Origin: a virus
Strand: one strand, 5' to 3'
Virus record (IMG/VR): IMGVR_UViG_3300047160_021165
Location: 64,589-108,914 of that record
Length of the DNA: 44,326 nucleotides
Shown in pieces: positions 28,090 through 35,598 of the stretch. The position numbers and the translations under genes were made by a program. The notes below the pieces were generated by a model. It saw only the letters and a program-made list of their open reading frames with translations. It was not told where the DNA came from and did no database searches. How positions within the stretch are numbered: the stretch's first letter is position 1; each line of letters starts with the position of its first letter.

Positions 28090-28404
28090 CTATTTTTCCC
28101 ATCCTATATATAGGATCCGTATACCCGTTGGCTTTAGCCATGGTCGTTCAGTATCGGGTGACCATTGCTTAACGGTGAATCCTAGACTGGTTACTATCGA
28201 TTCGTTTTGTGTCAAAAAAATGAACAACTCTGGGCTTTCTTGGTTGTGTACAGTTATATGATATTTGCCTTCCTTAGCGGCTTCTTCTGTGGCTTTAGCT
28301 AAGATCGGACCGTATACGCTATGGTAAGCAAAGTCTATTTGATCTTGGCGTTGTTTACCTAGGGCTGCCTCGGTTATTTTGAGTAATTGTTCAGGTGTTT
28401 TCAT
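28090..28404 (-). CDS. Hypothetical protein (C-terminal IxW family)
   Basis: EAAKEGKYHITV..LGFTV..LYIGWEK. Confidence 0.6.
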   Translation of the reverse strand: MKTPEQLLKITEAALGKQRQDQIDFAYHSVYGPILAKATEEAAKEGKYHITVHNQESPELFIFLTQNESIVTSLGFTVKQWSPDTERPWLKPTGIRILYIGWEK

Positions 28405-28898
28405 TTCTTTAATTCCTTTTCGGCTTTTTTTCTTGCTTTATATAATTTTCTGTATTCTTTCATTTTATCTGCGTTTTTTAGCTTCCAAAGTCTGTTTGCT
28501 TCCAGCCTTTTTGTTCGGAATTCTTCATCTTTAGAGTATCTCTCTTTGCGCTCAGTCAGCCTAATTTCTCTATTTTCATAATAATTTTTTAAACTTTCTA
28601 ATCTCGCACGCTCCTTATTTTTTACGTAATTTTTCTTGTTATATCTTTTCCAAGCGGCTTTTCTCGCTACTGGATTGGTTTCTGACCACTCTTTGGCTTT
28701 AAGTTTCCTTATTTCCTTGTTTCTTTCATATCTTTCTTTTGCTTTCAATGCCATAGCAGGCTCTCTCGCCTTGGCAGCCTGACAAGCTTTGCAAAAAGGT
28801 TTATATCCAGAATCAGAGCTAGAATCGACCACGAATGTGATTAAAGGCTTGATTTTGTTGCATCTGCAGCATTCTTTGTATGGCATTGGATCATTCAT
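28401..28898 (-). CDS. Zinc-finger/helical protein (HNH N-terminal domain without nuclease)
   Basis: KECCRCNKIKPLITF..DSG..FCKAC plus basic helical repeats. Confidence 0.65.
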   Translation of the reverse strand: MNDPMPYKECCRCNKIKPLITFVVDSSSDSGYKPFCKACQAAKAREPAMALKAKERYERNKEIRKLKAKEWSETNPVARKAAWKRYNKKNYVKNKERARLESLKNYYENREIRLTERKERYSKDEEFRTKRLEANRLWKLKNADKMKEYRKLYKARKKAEKELKK

Positions 28899-28980
28899 CT
28901 AATAACGCCTCAATGATTACTATATAGACTGGTGTAAGGATTAACATCATGATAATAATGGACATTATTTCGTGAGTCAT
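28891..28980 (-). CDS. Small membrane peptide (29 aa)
   Basis: MTHEIMSIIIMMLILTPVYIVIIEALLDE. Confidence 0.4.
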   Translation of the reverse strand: MTHEIMSIIIMMLILTPVYIVIIEALLDE

Positions 28981-28990
28981 AGACTGTTAC

Positions 28991-29176
28991 CTATAAAAAA
29001 AGGCCTAACAACAAAGCCAAGGGCATTTTCACTTGGTGGTGCACTAAATGCGCATCCGCCCAAGTGAATAATAAATACAGGGATGTAAAAAAGACCACTA
29101 TTACCAAAAGGATAGCTGCTGATGCGGCAAAGAAGGCCATAAGAGATTGGGCCAAAGATTCTTTTTTATCCATCAC
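28991..29176 (-). CDS. Small membrane protein
   Basis: Hydrophobic, 61 aa. Confidence 0.55.
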   Translation of the reverse strand: MMDKKESLAQSLMAFFAASAAILLVIVVFFTSLYLLFTWADAHLVHHQVKMPLALLLGLFL

Positions 29177-29177
29177 A

Positions 29178-29504
29178 CTACTCCATTATTTCGTGTAAGT
29201 CATTGAATTTCTTAGACTTCAACATTCTACGTAAAGCCAAGGCTTCTTTGTTCTTAGCCAAATAAACTTCACGGTTAGCTTTGACTTTGTCTTTGTTAGC
29301 CGCATTCCATTCCTTAGAAGCCCTAATACGGCTTCTTTGGTTCTCGTAATAGTGAGGAATGGTGTATTTAACGCTCACACATACTTTGCATATGCCTTTA
29401 TGGCCGTCTGCTTGATATTTGTCTTGGTGGAACTCTGTGATTTCTTTGTAAACGTTACAGTTTGAACAGCATTTGTGTTGGTATAAGGTTTCGATTGTAT
29501 TCAT
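29178..29504 (-). CDS. Zinc-finger/helical protein (HNH N-terminal domain without nuclease)
   Basis: KCCSNCNVYKEITEF..ADGHKGICKVC; AGGAG RBS. Confidence 0.65.
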   Translation of the reverse strand: MNTIETLYQHKCCSNCNVYKEITEFHQDKYQADGHKGICKVCVSVKYTIPHYYENQRSRIRASKEWNAANKDKVKANREVYLAKNKEALALRRMLKSKKFNDLHEIME

Positions 29505-29559
29505 GATATTTTCTCCTTTTAGGAACTTTTATGGGCTGCCCTCGCAACTCATATATTAC

Positions 29560-29586
29560 TTATCGGCATTGGTGGCTAAAACTTTA
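29560..29586 (-). promoter_or_regulatory. sigma28-type promoter (perfect consensus)
   Basis: TAAAGTTT-N11-GCCGATAA. Confidence 0.85.
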
Positions 29587-29697
29587 GCCATTTAATAAAT
29601 AAATTTAACGAACAATAAAACTATTAAAAACAAGGCGTTAAAGGCGAAAACCATTTGACTTAGTTGATTAATTATCAGTAAAATCATGATCTATTCC

Positions 29698-29937
29698 TTA
29701 GACTAATTTACTGAAATCTACGGTAGATCCATTACCCTCAAAAGCCGATTTAATTTGGGCCCTTATTTCCGCAGTAACCGCATCAGGATGGACATAAGTG
29801 ACTCTATGGCCCATAACTTTAACAGCTTCTACCATGGCTATGTGATTGTTGTATGAAAACTCAACTCCAATTGGAATAACGTCTATTGTTTGGGTAGCTG
29901 GATCGATTAAGCTCAGTTTAACAAATAAGGTTCCCAT
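29698..29937 (-). CDS. Hypothetical protein
   Basis: AAGGAG RBS, own sigma28-type promoter. Confidence 0.65.
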   Translation of the reverse strand: MGTLFVKLSLIDPATQTIDVIPIGVEFSYNNHIAMVEAVKVMGHRVTYVHPDAVTAEIRAQIKSAFEGNGSTVDFSKLV

Positions 29938-29979
29938 GATTATCTCCTTTATGGTTGCCTAACTCAACTTACATAATAC

Positions 29980-30006
29980 TTATCGGTATTGCTAGCCTAA
30001 ACTTTA
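29980..30006 (-). promoter_or_regulatory. sigma28-type promoter
   Basis: TAAAGTTT-N11-ACCGATAA; nearly identical to 26368-26394. Confidence 0.8.
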
Positions 30007-30044
30007 GTTTATTTTAAAAGAAAGATAGGTGGGATACTAGGGGG

Positions 30045-30266
30045 TTAGTCTAAAGGTTCTTTTTCTTCTTCAGATAGTGAGCTAGGTTTTAAAGGTCTTG
30101 CCCTCAATGCCTTGGTATTATTGTCTATTTCTTGAATTTTTTTGGATAATTCAGCCCTGAATTCCTGGGATTCTTTGATTGAATTTTTCCAATGTTTATA
30201 AGATATTAGTTCAAAAGTCAATCTGACCAATAAAAAGCTAAGAAATATAAATTCGATAAAATTCAT
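30045..30266 (-). CDS. Small membrane-anchored protein
   Basis: N-terminal hydrophobic helix plus coiled coil. Confidence 0.55.
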   Translation of the reverse strand: MNFIEFIFLSFLLVRLTFELISYKHWKNSIKESQEFRAELSKKIQEIDNNTKALRARPLKPSSLSEEEKEPLD

Positions 30267-30268
30267 AG

Positions 30269-30475
30269 TTATTCCCGCCTTCTATTAGATTTCAAGGCTT
30301 TAAGTTCTTGCTTTAGCTTTAGATTCTCGGATCTTAGTTCCATAAGCTCTAGAGCCCATTCTTTGGCTGTTTCATACCCAACAGCTGGGTTAATATGGTG
30401 GTGCGCACCTTCAACTGGAGCCAACATTTCCAATAAAGCCAATATCTTAGCATCGCTTAAACGTTTCTTAGCCAT
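30269..30475 (-). CDS. Hypothetical protein
   Basis: 68 aa, coiled-coil C-terminus. Confidence 0.55.
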   Translation of the reverse strand: MAKKRLSDAKILALLEMLAPVEGAHHHINPAVGYETAKEWALELMELRSENLKLKQELKALKSNRRRE

Positions 30476-30516
30476 TGTATTTCTATTTGCCTTATTGTTT
30501 GATTAGTCGAATAAGC

Positions 30517-30795
30517 CTAGCGGTTATCGTCTGCTTGGTGATCTTGAACTGGTTCGGCAGGAATCTTAATTGGAGGTAATGGTGGCTTCTTAGGCCAGCT
30601 GAATGTAAGCACGGTATTTCCTTCTTTATCGTGGGTTTCTATAATCATTATACTAGCATCCACGATATTGGCTACTGCTTTTTCATTCAGTTTTCTGAAT
30701 TCTTGTATACCTTTGATCATCTCTTTTTCCCTTAGGTATACAAACTGAGGCGCATTAGCTAAATGTTTCGGTATGTTACGCACTACGTCTTTCAT
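30517..30795 (-). CDS. Hypothetical protein
   Basis: GAGGAG RBS, overlap with the upstream ORF. Confidence 0.55.
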   Translation of the reverse strand: MKDVVRNIPKHLANAPQFVYLREKEMIKGIQEFRKLNEKAVANIVDASIMIIETHDKEGNTVLTFSWPKKPPLPPIKIPAEPVQDHQADDNR

Positions 30796-30986
30796 TTTAA
30801 ATACTCCTCTATTCTTCTAAGTTCTTGTAAAAAATGTACTTTTAATTCTAAAAGCTCAGCCCTTTGTTCTACAGAGAGTGTGGGATCGGCTAACTTTATA
30901 TCCCCTCTTCTGATGCACTCTAGAACCAGAGGCTTTTGTATTCCAGCTAGGAATCGATTCCATTTAGCTTTTAACCAAGATTTCAT
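30792..30986 (-). CDS. Hypothetical protein
   Basis: GGAGG RBS directly after the sigma28-type promoter. Confidence 0.6.
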   Translation of the reverse strand: MKSWLKAKWNRFLAGIQKPLVLECIRRGDIKLADPTLSVEQRAELLELKVHFLQELRRIEEYLK

Positions 30987-31011
30987 AATAATCTTCCTCC
31001 ACTTTCATACC

Positions 31012-31039
31012 ATATCGGACGTTCTAGGGATTGACTTTA
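31012..31039 (-). promoter_or_regulatory. sigma28-type promoter
   Basis: TAAAGT...TCCGATAT, TAAA-N16. Confidence 0.6.
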
Positions 31040-31063
31040 CTATTTTACAAATACTCTTTTATA

Positions 31064-31783
31064 TCAGAATCTTGGACCTTTTCTTATATTATCTATAGCC
31101 CATAGAGGTTGCAAATTAGTGTAATGGCACGCCGCTCTGAATTGTTCCTCGTTAGAAAGATTGAAGGCAGATAGAGGTATTATGTGATCTATATGCCAGC
31201 CCTTTTTACCCCGATTTTCCCAAGTCATACCGGGCATGAACTTGGATTCTATATAAGCTTTGAGCTCTTCTATTGAGCAGCCTAAATCCCTCACTGCGGA
31301 GCCACCTTTATCCTTCTTCCCCAGCAGGGCATCAGATACTCTGGTTCTGAGAAGTCTTTTGAGTTTATTGTGTATTTTCAAACCCTCTCTATCTACGATA
31401 TAAGCTGGATTTTTAGTACCTTTATTAAAATCCGTATTTTTGTTTTGCCAGCGGACTTGACATTTGGGGCCACAGAATGTCATTTTATACAATTCTAAAT
31501 GTCTTTTAGTTCTCCTTTGGAGATTCCCACAATATAGACAGGGGATTATGCATTTTATCTTGTAATTTTTTGGATTTTCTGTGCTTATTTTTCGTCTCAA
31601 CGCTCTCATTTCAGCGGACTTCTGAAGACAATCCTTACAAGAGCCATGGGTTCTATCTAATTTCTTGGCTCTATTTCTTTCGATACGTCTTGTCCTCCCG
31701 CACTTGGAACAAATGTGTTCAATAGTGTAGAAAGTTACTCCAGATGCGCCCCTCACTCTTTGATCTGTCCCAAGAACTATCAC
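31064..31783 (-). CDS. HNH homing endonuclease
   Basis: LGCSIEELKAYIESKF..MTWEN..WHIDHIIPLSAF..HYTNLQPLWAIDN, with N-terminal zinc fingers. Confidence 0.88.
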   Translation of the reverse strand: MIVLGTDQRVRGASGVTFYTIEHICSKCGRTRRIERNRAKKLDRTHGSCKDCLQKSAEMRALRRKISTENPKNYKIKCIIPCLYCGNLQRRTKRHLELYKMTFCGPKCQVRWQNKNTDFNKGTKNPAYIVDREGLKIHNKLKRLLRTRVSDALLGKKDKGGSAVRDLGCSIEELKAYIESKFMPGMTWENRGKKGWHIDHIIPLSAFNLSNEEQFRAACHYTNLQPLWAIDNIRKGPRF

Positions 31784-32505
31784 ATTAAATCCTTGATAAT
31801 TTGATCTATCTTAGATATGATTTCCGCTTCTGCATCATCAAAGGCTTTAATACCGGAAAATCCTTTATTAATCCAAGGCTTACCGTTTTCGCTGATAGTT
31901 CGATAATTAATATATATCGAACGTATGTTTCCTGTATCGGCATCTCTTGATTGATACTTGACTAAATTGTTTAACATAGGGTTTTCGCTCTTGGAAGTAG
32001 CTACTTTACCTACTATGGGATTGCCTTGAGCATTAGTAAACAAGTCAGCCATGCTTTGCTTACGACCAGCTGCATTAGTTGCAGACATAGCCTTAATGGC
32101 ATCAACCATGTTAGCCGCCCCAGCTGGGGCTTCTATCTTGCGCTCCATGGGGATATGCGTATACTTGTGTCCATCTTTGGCTGTCTTGACGTTCTTAGCG
32201 TTAAGCAACCCCTTGGACATATCGAAGCTAGGGTATCCATCTTCCAATGCTTCAGCCCACTTACCCTCTAAGGATATAAGGAATTGATTATCGCCCAAAT
32301 CCTCAAACGTAAGCCCCTGGAGATATTGACTACGGGTAGAATGGAGCTTAGCATTAGCTTTGGCTACAATAGTTGCATAAGCTGCAGCCGCTGTTTCCTG
32401 AATAGCTTTACTGACTTCCCGCTCTACAGATGGGGCTAAGTTTTCCATAGATTTCTTCAGTTGATCTAAGGACTTATCTAGCTTTATTTTTAGCTGATTC
32501 GGCAT
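31780..32505 (-). CDS. Tail completion / neck protein (HK97 gp10-like)
   Basis: KLHSTRSQYLQGL..AEALEDGYPSFDM..YRTISEN..WINKG. Confidence 0.55.
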   Translation of the reverse strand: MPNQLKIKLDKSLDQLKKSMENLAPSVEREVSKAIQETAAAAYATIVAKANAKLHSTRSQYLQGLTFEDLGDNQFLISLEGKWAEALEDGYPSFDMSKGLLNAKNVKTAKDGHKYTHIPMERKIEAPAGAANMVDAIKAMSATNAAGRKQSMADLFTNAQGNPIVGKVATSKSENPMLNNLVKYQSRDADTGNIRSIYINYRTISENGKPWINKGFSGIKAFDDAEAEIISKIDQIIKDLM

Positions 32506-32689
32506 ATTTTTCTCTATAGAGTTTAGCCTGGGCTCTTTGTGTTTGAGCGTATTCTTTGCTATACGCTTTGATTTTTTCTTTATTGGCTTCGTAATAGTCT
32601 TTTTGATAGAGTTTCGCGTAGACTTTACGTAGCTCTCTGACTTCAGCTTTGAGTTCTTCTATGCGTTGCAAAATTAATGTTTCTTCCAT
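32474..32689 (-). CDS. Basic helical-repeat protein
   Basis: YYEANKEKIKAYSKEY repeat; start reassigned to MEETLIL (AGGAG RBS). Confidence 0.55.
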   Translation of the reverse strand: MEETLILQRIEELKAEVRELRKVYAKLYQKDYYEANKEKIKAYSKEYAQTQRAQAKLYREKYAESAKNKAR

Positions 32690-32691
32690 GA

Positions 32692-32937
32692 TTATAGCTC
32701 CTTTAACCAATCTTTAACGAAAGACACGTCTTGGATTTGTTTATAGCGTCCAAGATCCTGCCAATAAACTCTTATCCACTCGTGTCCATTACCCATAACT
32801 ATGAAATTGTAGTCATAATGAGGTATAGGTTCTCCCGCAGGGATTACTAAGTAAATATTAGTAAAATTGGGATCTTGTAATAAAGTCCAGTGCTTGGATA
32901 GAATCAATTCTTTGCCTATGTGCTCAATGGGCATCAT
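32692..32937 (-). CDS. Hypothetical protein
   Basis: GGAG RBS, in-operon ORF. Confidence 0.55.
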   Translation of the reverse strand: MMPIEHIGKELILSKHWTLLQDPNFTNIYLVIPAGEPIPHYDYNFIVMGNGHEWIRVYWQDLGRYKQIQDVSFVKDWLKEL

Positions 32938-32941
32938 GATT

Positions 32942-33088
32942 CTATCTCCCGATAGCCGGGATACAAGTAGATGTTGCTACTGGATGTTCTTGCGGGCTTG
33001 GGAAAGGTCTTTGCTTCGAATAAAGCATTATGGCAGCAAAAATTATGGCTACCGTAAGAACTTTAATACCTAAAGTTTGTTTATCCAT
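32942..33088 (-). CDS. Small membrane-anchored protein (48 aa)
   Basis: AAGGAG RBS; MDKQTLGIKVLTVAIIFAAIMLYSKQRP...; first gene after the promoter. Confidence 0.55.
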   Translation of the reverse strand: MDKQTLGIKVLTVAIIFAAIMLYSKQRPFPSPQEHPVATSTCIPAIGR

Positions 33089-33120
33089 GATAACTCCTTC
33101 GCTTTATAAGCATATGGGCT

Positions 33121-33147
33121 TTATCGGTAGATTTTAATAAAACCTTA
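33121..33147 (-). promoter_or_regulatory. sigma28-type promoter
   Basis: TAAGGTTT-N11-ACCGATAA. Confidence 0.7.
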
Positions 33148-33160
33148 GAAAACTATATAA

Positions 33161-34408
33161 CTATTTGATTATTTTAAGCTTTTTCTTGCGTAATACGGCT
33201 ACGTTACGTTCTATCCAGAACGACTCAGATCTACTAGATCGTTTCAGCTTTTTAAGACTACGTTCTACTCTTTGGCGTACGTTTTCTCTGGTTTTTTCAA
33301 GTTTTGCACCAATAGCTGAGTGCGTGCTAGCGCTCTTTTCACCTATTCCAAAGCGTAGACGCATGATCTTTTCATCGGTAGGATCCAGAGTACTTAACAG
33401 TTCTCGTACTCTATCGTTTAGTTCTTCTTCCATGATGTAATCTAGAGGGCTAACAGCTTCTTCATCAGCCATAGAGTCCATGGGTAACCGGCCCTCAGCC
33501 GAAGCCAAATCTTCTATGTAATTTATAGGGCTAGTGGCATTCTTAACCTTTTCAGCCTTTTCTTCCGATATATGCATGGATTCGGAAAGTTCTTCTATGC
33601 TAGGATCACGCCCCAGTTCTTTCTGGAGTTTGTTGTTGATCTTGGACATTTTGTTAATGTTATCAACCATGTGGACTGGTACACGGATTAATCTGGCTTT
33701 ATCTGACAACGCTCTACCTAAAGCTTGATCTATCCACCAAGTAGCGTAAGTAGAGAACTTATAACCCTTTTCTACATCATATTTCTCAATGGCTTTGAGT
33801 AAGCCAATGTTGCCCTCTTGGATCAGATCTTCTAGGCTTAATCCTTTGTTTAAAAGGGTTTTAGCGCGACTGAATACAAGTCTAAGGTTAGAGGTCACAA
33901 GCTTGGTGCGGGCTGCCTGCATCGCGTTTAAATGCGTTTCCAGGTGCTTAACCTGAGTAGCCGTGCCGAAGTCCTTGATAGGCTGAGATATATGGCGTAA
34001 ATCACGTTCAGTGAAAAGGATTCTCAATAAAAATTCATGTAATTTAGCTTCGGATCCTTTGACCTTTTTGACCCTATCTACGAGCAATAGTTCCAAGCCA
34101 TCTAATGCTTTGAGAATTTCTTCTTTGGGAGCATTTTCTTCTACTACTCCAAAGAACATCTTACGGAGCTCAATGATGTTCAGGCTCTTCAGAGCGTATA
34201 GTTCGGTAATGCAGTCATCAGATTGGACACAAAGCTTAAGAATGCTTTTCTTGGCATCTCGGATCTTAGTGGCTAATTCGATCTCTTCCTCTTTGGTGAG
34301 CAGCTTATATTTCTGGGCTGCTTTTTTATAGGATTCGATTGAGGATAAGCTTTCGGTGCTATAAGTTTCTGGAAATTCCAAGTCATTGAATTCATTATAC
34401 TTTGACAT
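33161..34408 (-). CDS. Phage-encoded RpoD-like sigma70 factor
   Basis: Region 1.2 LLTKEEEIELA, non-conserved region, region 2 NLRLV..DLIQEGNIGLLKAIEKYD..GYKFSTYATWWI, RVPVHM, region 4 MRLRFGIG..TRENVRQ. Confidence 0.93.
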   Translation of the reverse strand: MSKYNEFNDLEFPETYSTESLSSIESYKKAAQKYKLLTKEEEIELATKIRDAKKSILKLCVQSDDCITELYALKSLNIIELRKMFFGVVEENAPKEEILKALDGLELLLVDRVKKVKGSEAKLHEFLLRILFTERDLRHISQPIKDFGTATQVKHLETHLNAMQAARTKLVTSNLRLVFSRAKTLLNKGLSLEDLIQEGNIGLLKAIEKYDVEKGYKFSTYATWWIDQALGRALSDKARLIRVPVHMVDNINKMSKINNKLQKELGRDPSIEELSESMHISEEKAEKVKNATSPINYIEDLASAEGRLPMDSMADEEAVSPLDYIMEEELNDRVRELLSTLDPTDEKIMRLRFGIGEKSASTHSAIGAKLEKTRENVRQRVERSLKKLKRSSRSESFWIERNVAVLRKKKLKIIK

Positions 34409-34456
34409 ATTGGAAACTTTTTAGCTATGGGTTAGATTTTTATGGGACGTAAAAAT

Positions 34457-34485
34457 ACCTTAGCAAATTCAGAGGGATTTGTCAA
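34457..34485 (-). promoter_or_regulatory. sigma70-type promoter of the sigma gene
   Basis: TTGACA-N17-TAAGGT with TGn extension. Confidence 0.6.
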
Positions 34486-34524
34486 GTCCAAAAGATTGAT
34501 TTACTTGGGAGTTTTAAAATAAAT

Positions 34525-34552
34525 TAAAGGTTTGATAGGTTTGTGCCGATCA
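34525..34552 (+). promoter_or_regulatory. sigma28-type promoter
   Basis: TAAAGGTTT...GCCGATCA, TAAA-N16. Confidence 0.65.
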
Positions 34553-34580
34553 AAAGCGGTGTTTTTGATAGGAGGATTTT

Positions 34581-34718
34581 ATGTGGGATTTCCCAGTACA
34601 ACAGAAATCTAAGCACAAAAAAGCTAGAACACAAGTTAAATTCATAGTTTATGTGGGTGGATTGCCCCCCTGGATGCCTAGTGCTAAATCCAGAGCCAAC
34701 CTAACTCTCATAAAGTAA
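34581..34718 (+). CDS. Small basic protein (45 aa)
   Basis: AGGAGG RBS; MWDFPVQQKSKHKKARTQVKFIVYVGGLPPWMPSAKSRANLTLIK. Confidence 0.5.
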   Translation: MWDFPVQQKSKHKKARTQVKFIVYVGGLPPWMPSAKSRANLTLIK

Positions 34719-34743
34719 CGAAAAACGTCGCATTCTGCAAGTT

Positions 34744-35595
34744 TTATTCGTAGGTTTCTCTACCTACGAAATAGAGATCATCGTCGTCAGCATCGTCTGA
34801 TTCGCGGATCTTATTAGGCTTAATTATTTGACCTTTTTGATCTTTTCTAGAAATCAAGTATTCTTTTTGCAACAGCCATTGTTCAGATACTTTAACGAGT
34901 TCTCCGTTAGCATCTCCGCTTGGGTTGATCTGGACGAACCGGTTATTGTGCATAGCTTTGATAGCTCTGAAGCGTATCTTAGTGTTATAGTTGATACTAT
35001 AGATCATTCCTCGATCTGGTTGTCTACCATCGCACCAAGATATATTCCCATTAGGATCTAGCTTGAAGTCAGAGCCTTCGTAGTATTCTTTACCATGCTT
35101 ATCTATGACTAGGTTGACTCTAATTCCTGGATATCTAAGGACGTCTACTTGTCCATCTTGACGTTTAATGCGCTCAAAGAAAGCTTCGGTGAAGTCTTCT
35201 AGTTCGACCATGGTAAAGTATTGGAGTTCCACGCCTTGCATGAAAGTACCTCGCATGGAGTTACCGTCGTACAAGCCTTCTACGAATACTTTCTTATCCA
35301 ATTCAATGGTTTGAAGGAAAGCCCAGGTAGACAATGGGTAACGATCTACAAATCCGGTTCCATGGCATATTGGGCAGTCTATCTCATGTTCCCCACCGTC
35401 TATGGACTTTACATTGGGGCAAAAGGAGGTGCGGAATACTTTAACTCTAACACCTTGTCTGTGGATAAGATCGTCAAAGTCTTGGGTATTGAAGTTAACG
35501 GCCTTCTTGACCGTATTCCTGGGTATAGCTGTTGATCCAGTAGGATTCCATCCCTTTTGATTGGGGAAGCTACTGGTGGGTTTTGGTATTGGCAT
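34744..35595 (-). CDS. Neck / head-closure protein
   Basis: FDDLIHRQGVRV..CP..CPICHGTG, as in SPO1/Twort-like neck proteins. Confidence 0.65.
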   Translation of the reverse strand: MPIPKPTSSFPNQKGWNPTGSTAIPRNTVKKAVNFNTQDFDDLIHRQGVRVKVFRTSFCPNVKSIDGGEHEIDCPICHGTGFVDRYPLSTWAFLQTIELDKKVFVEGLYDGNSMRGTFMQGVELQYFTMVELEDFTEAFFERIKRQDGQVDVLRYPGIRVNLVIDKHGKEYYEGSDFKLDPNGNISWCDGRQPDRGMIYSINYNTKIRFRAIKAMHNNRFVQINPSGDANGELVKVSEQWLLQKEYLISRKDQKGQIIKPNKIRESDDADDDDLYFVGRETYE

Positions 35596-35598
35596 AAA

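Noticed and set aside
25902-30006. CRISPR-like array from the CCGATAAGTAATATGTAAG repeats
   Set aside because: Copies are dispersed, irregularly spaced, on both strands and separated by genes. They match promoters, and there are no cas genes.
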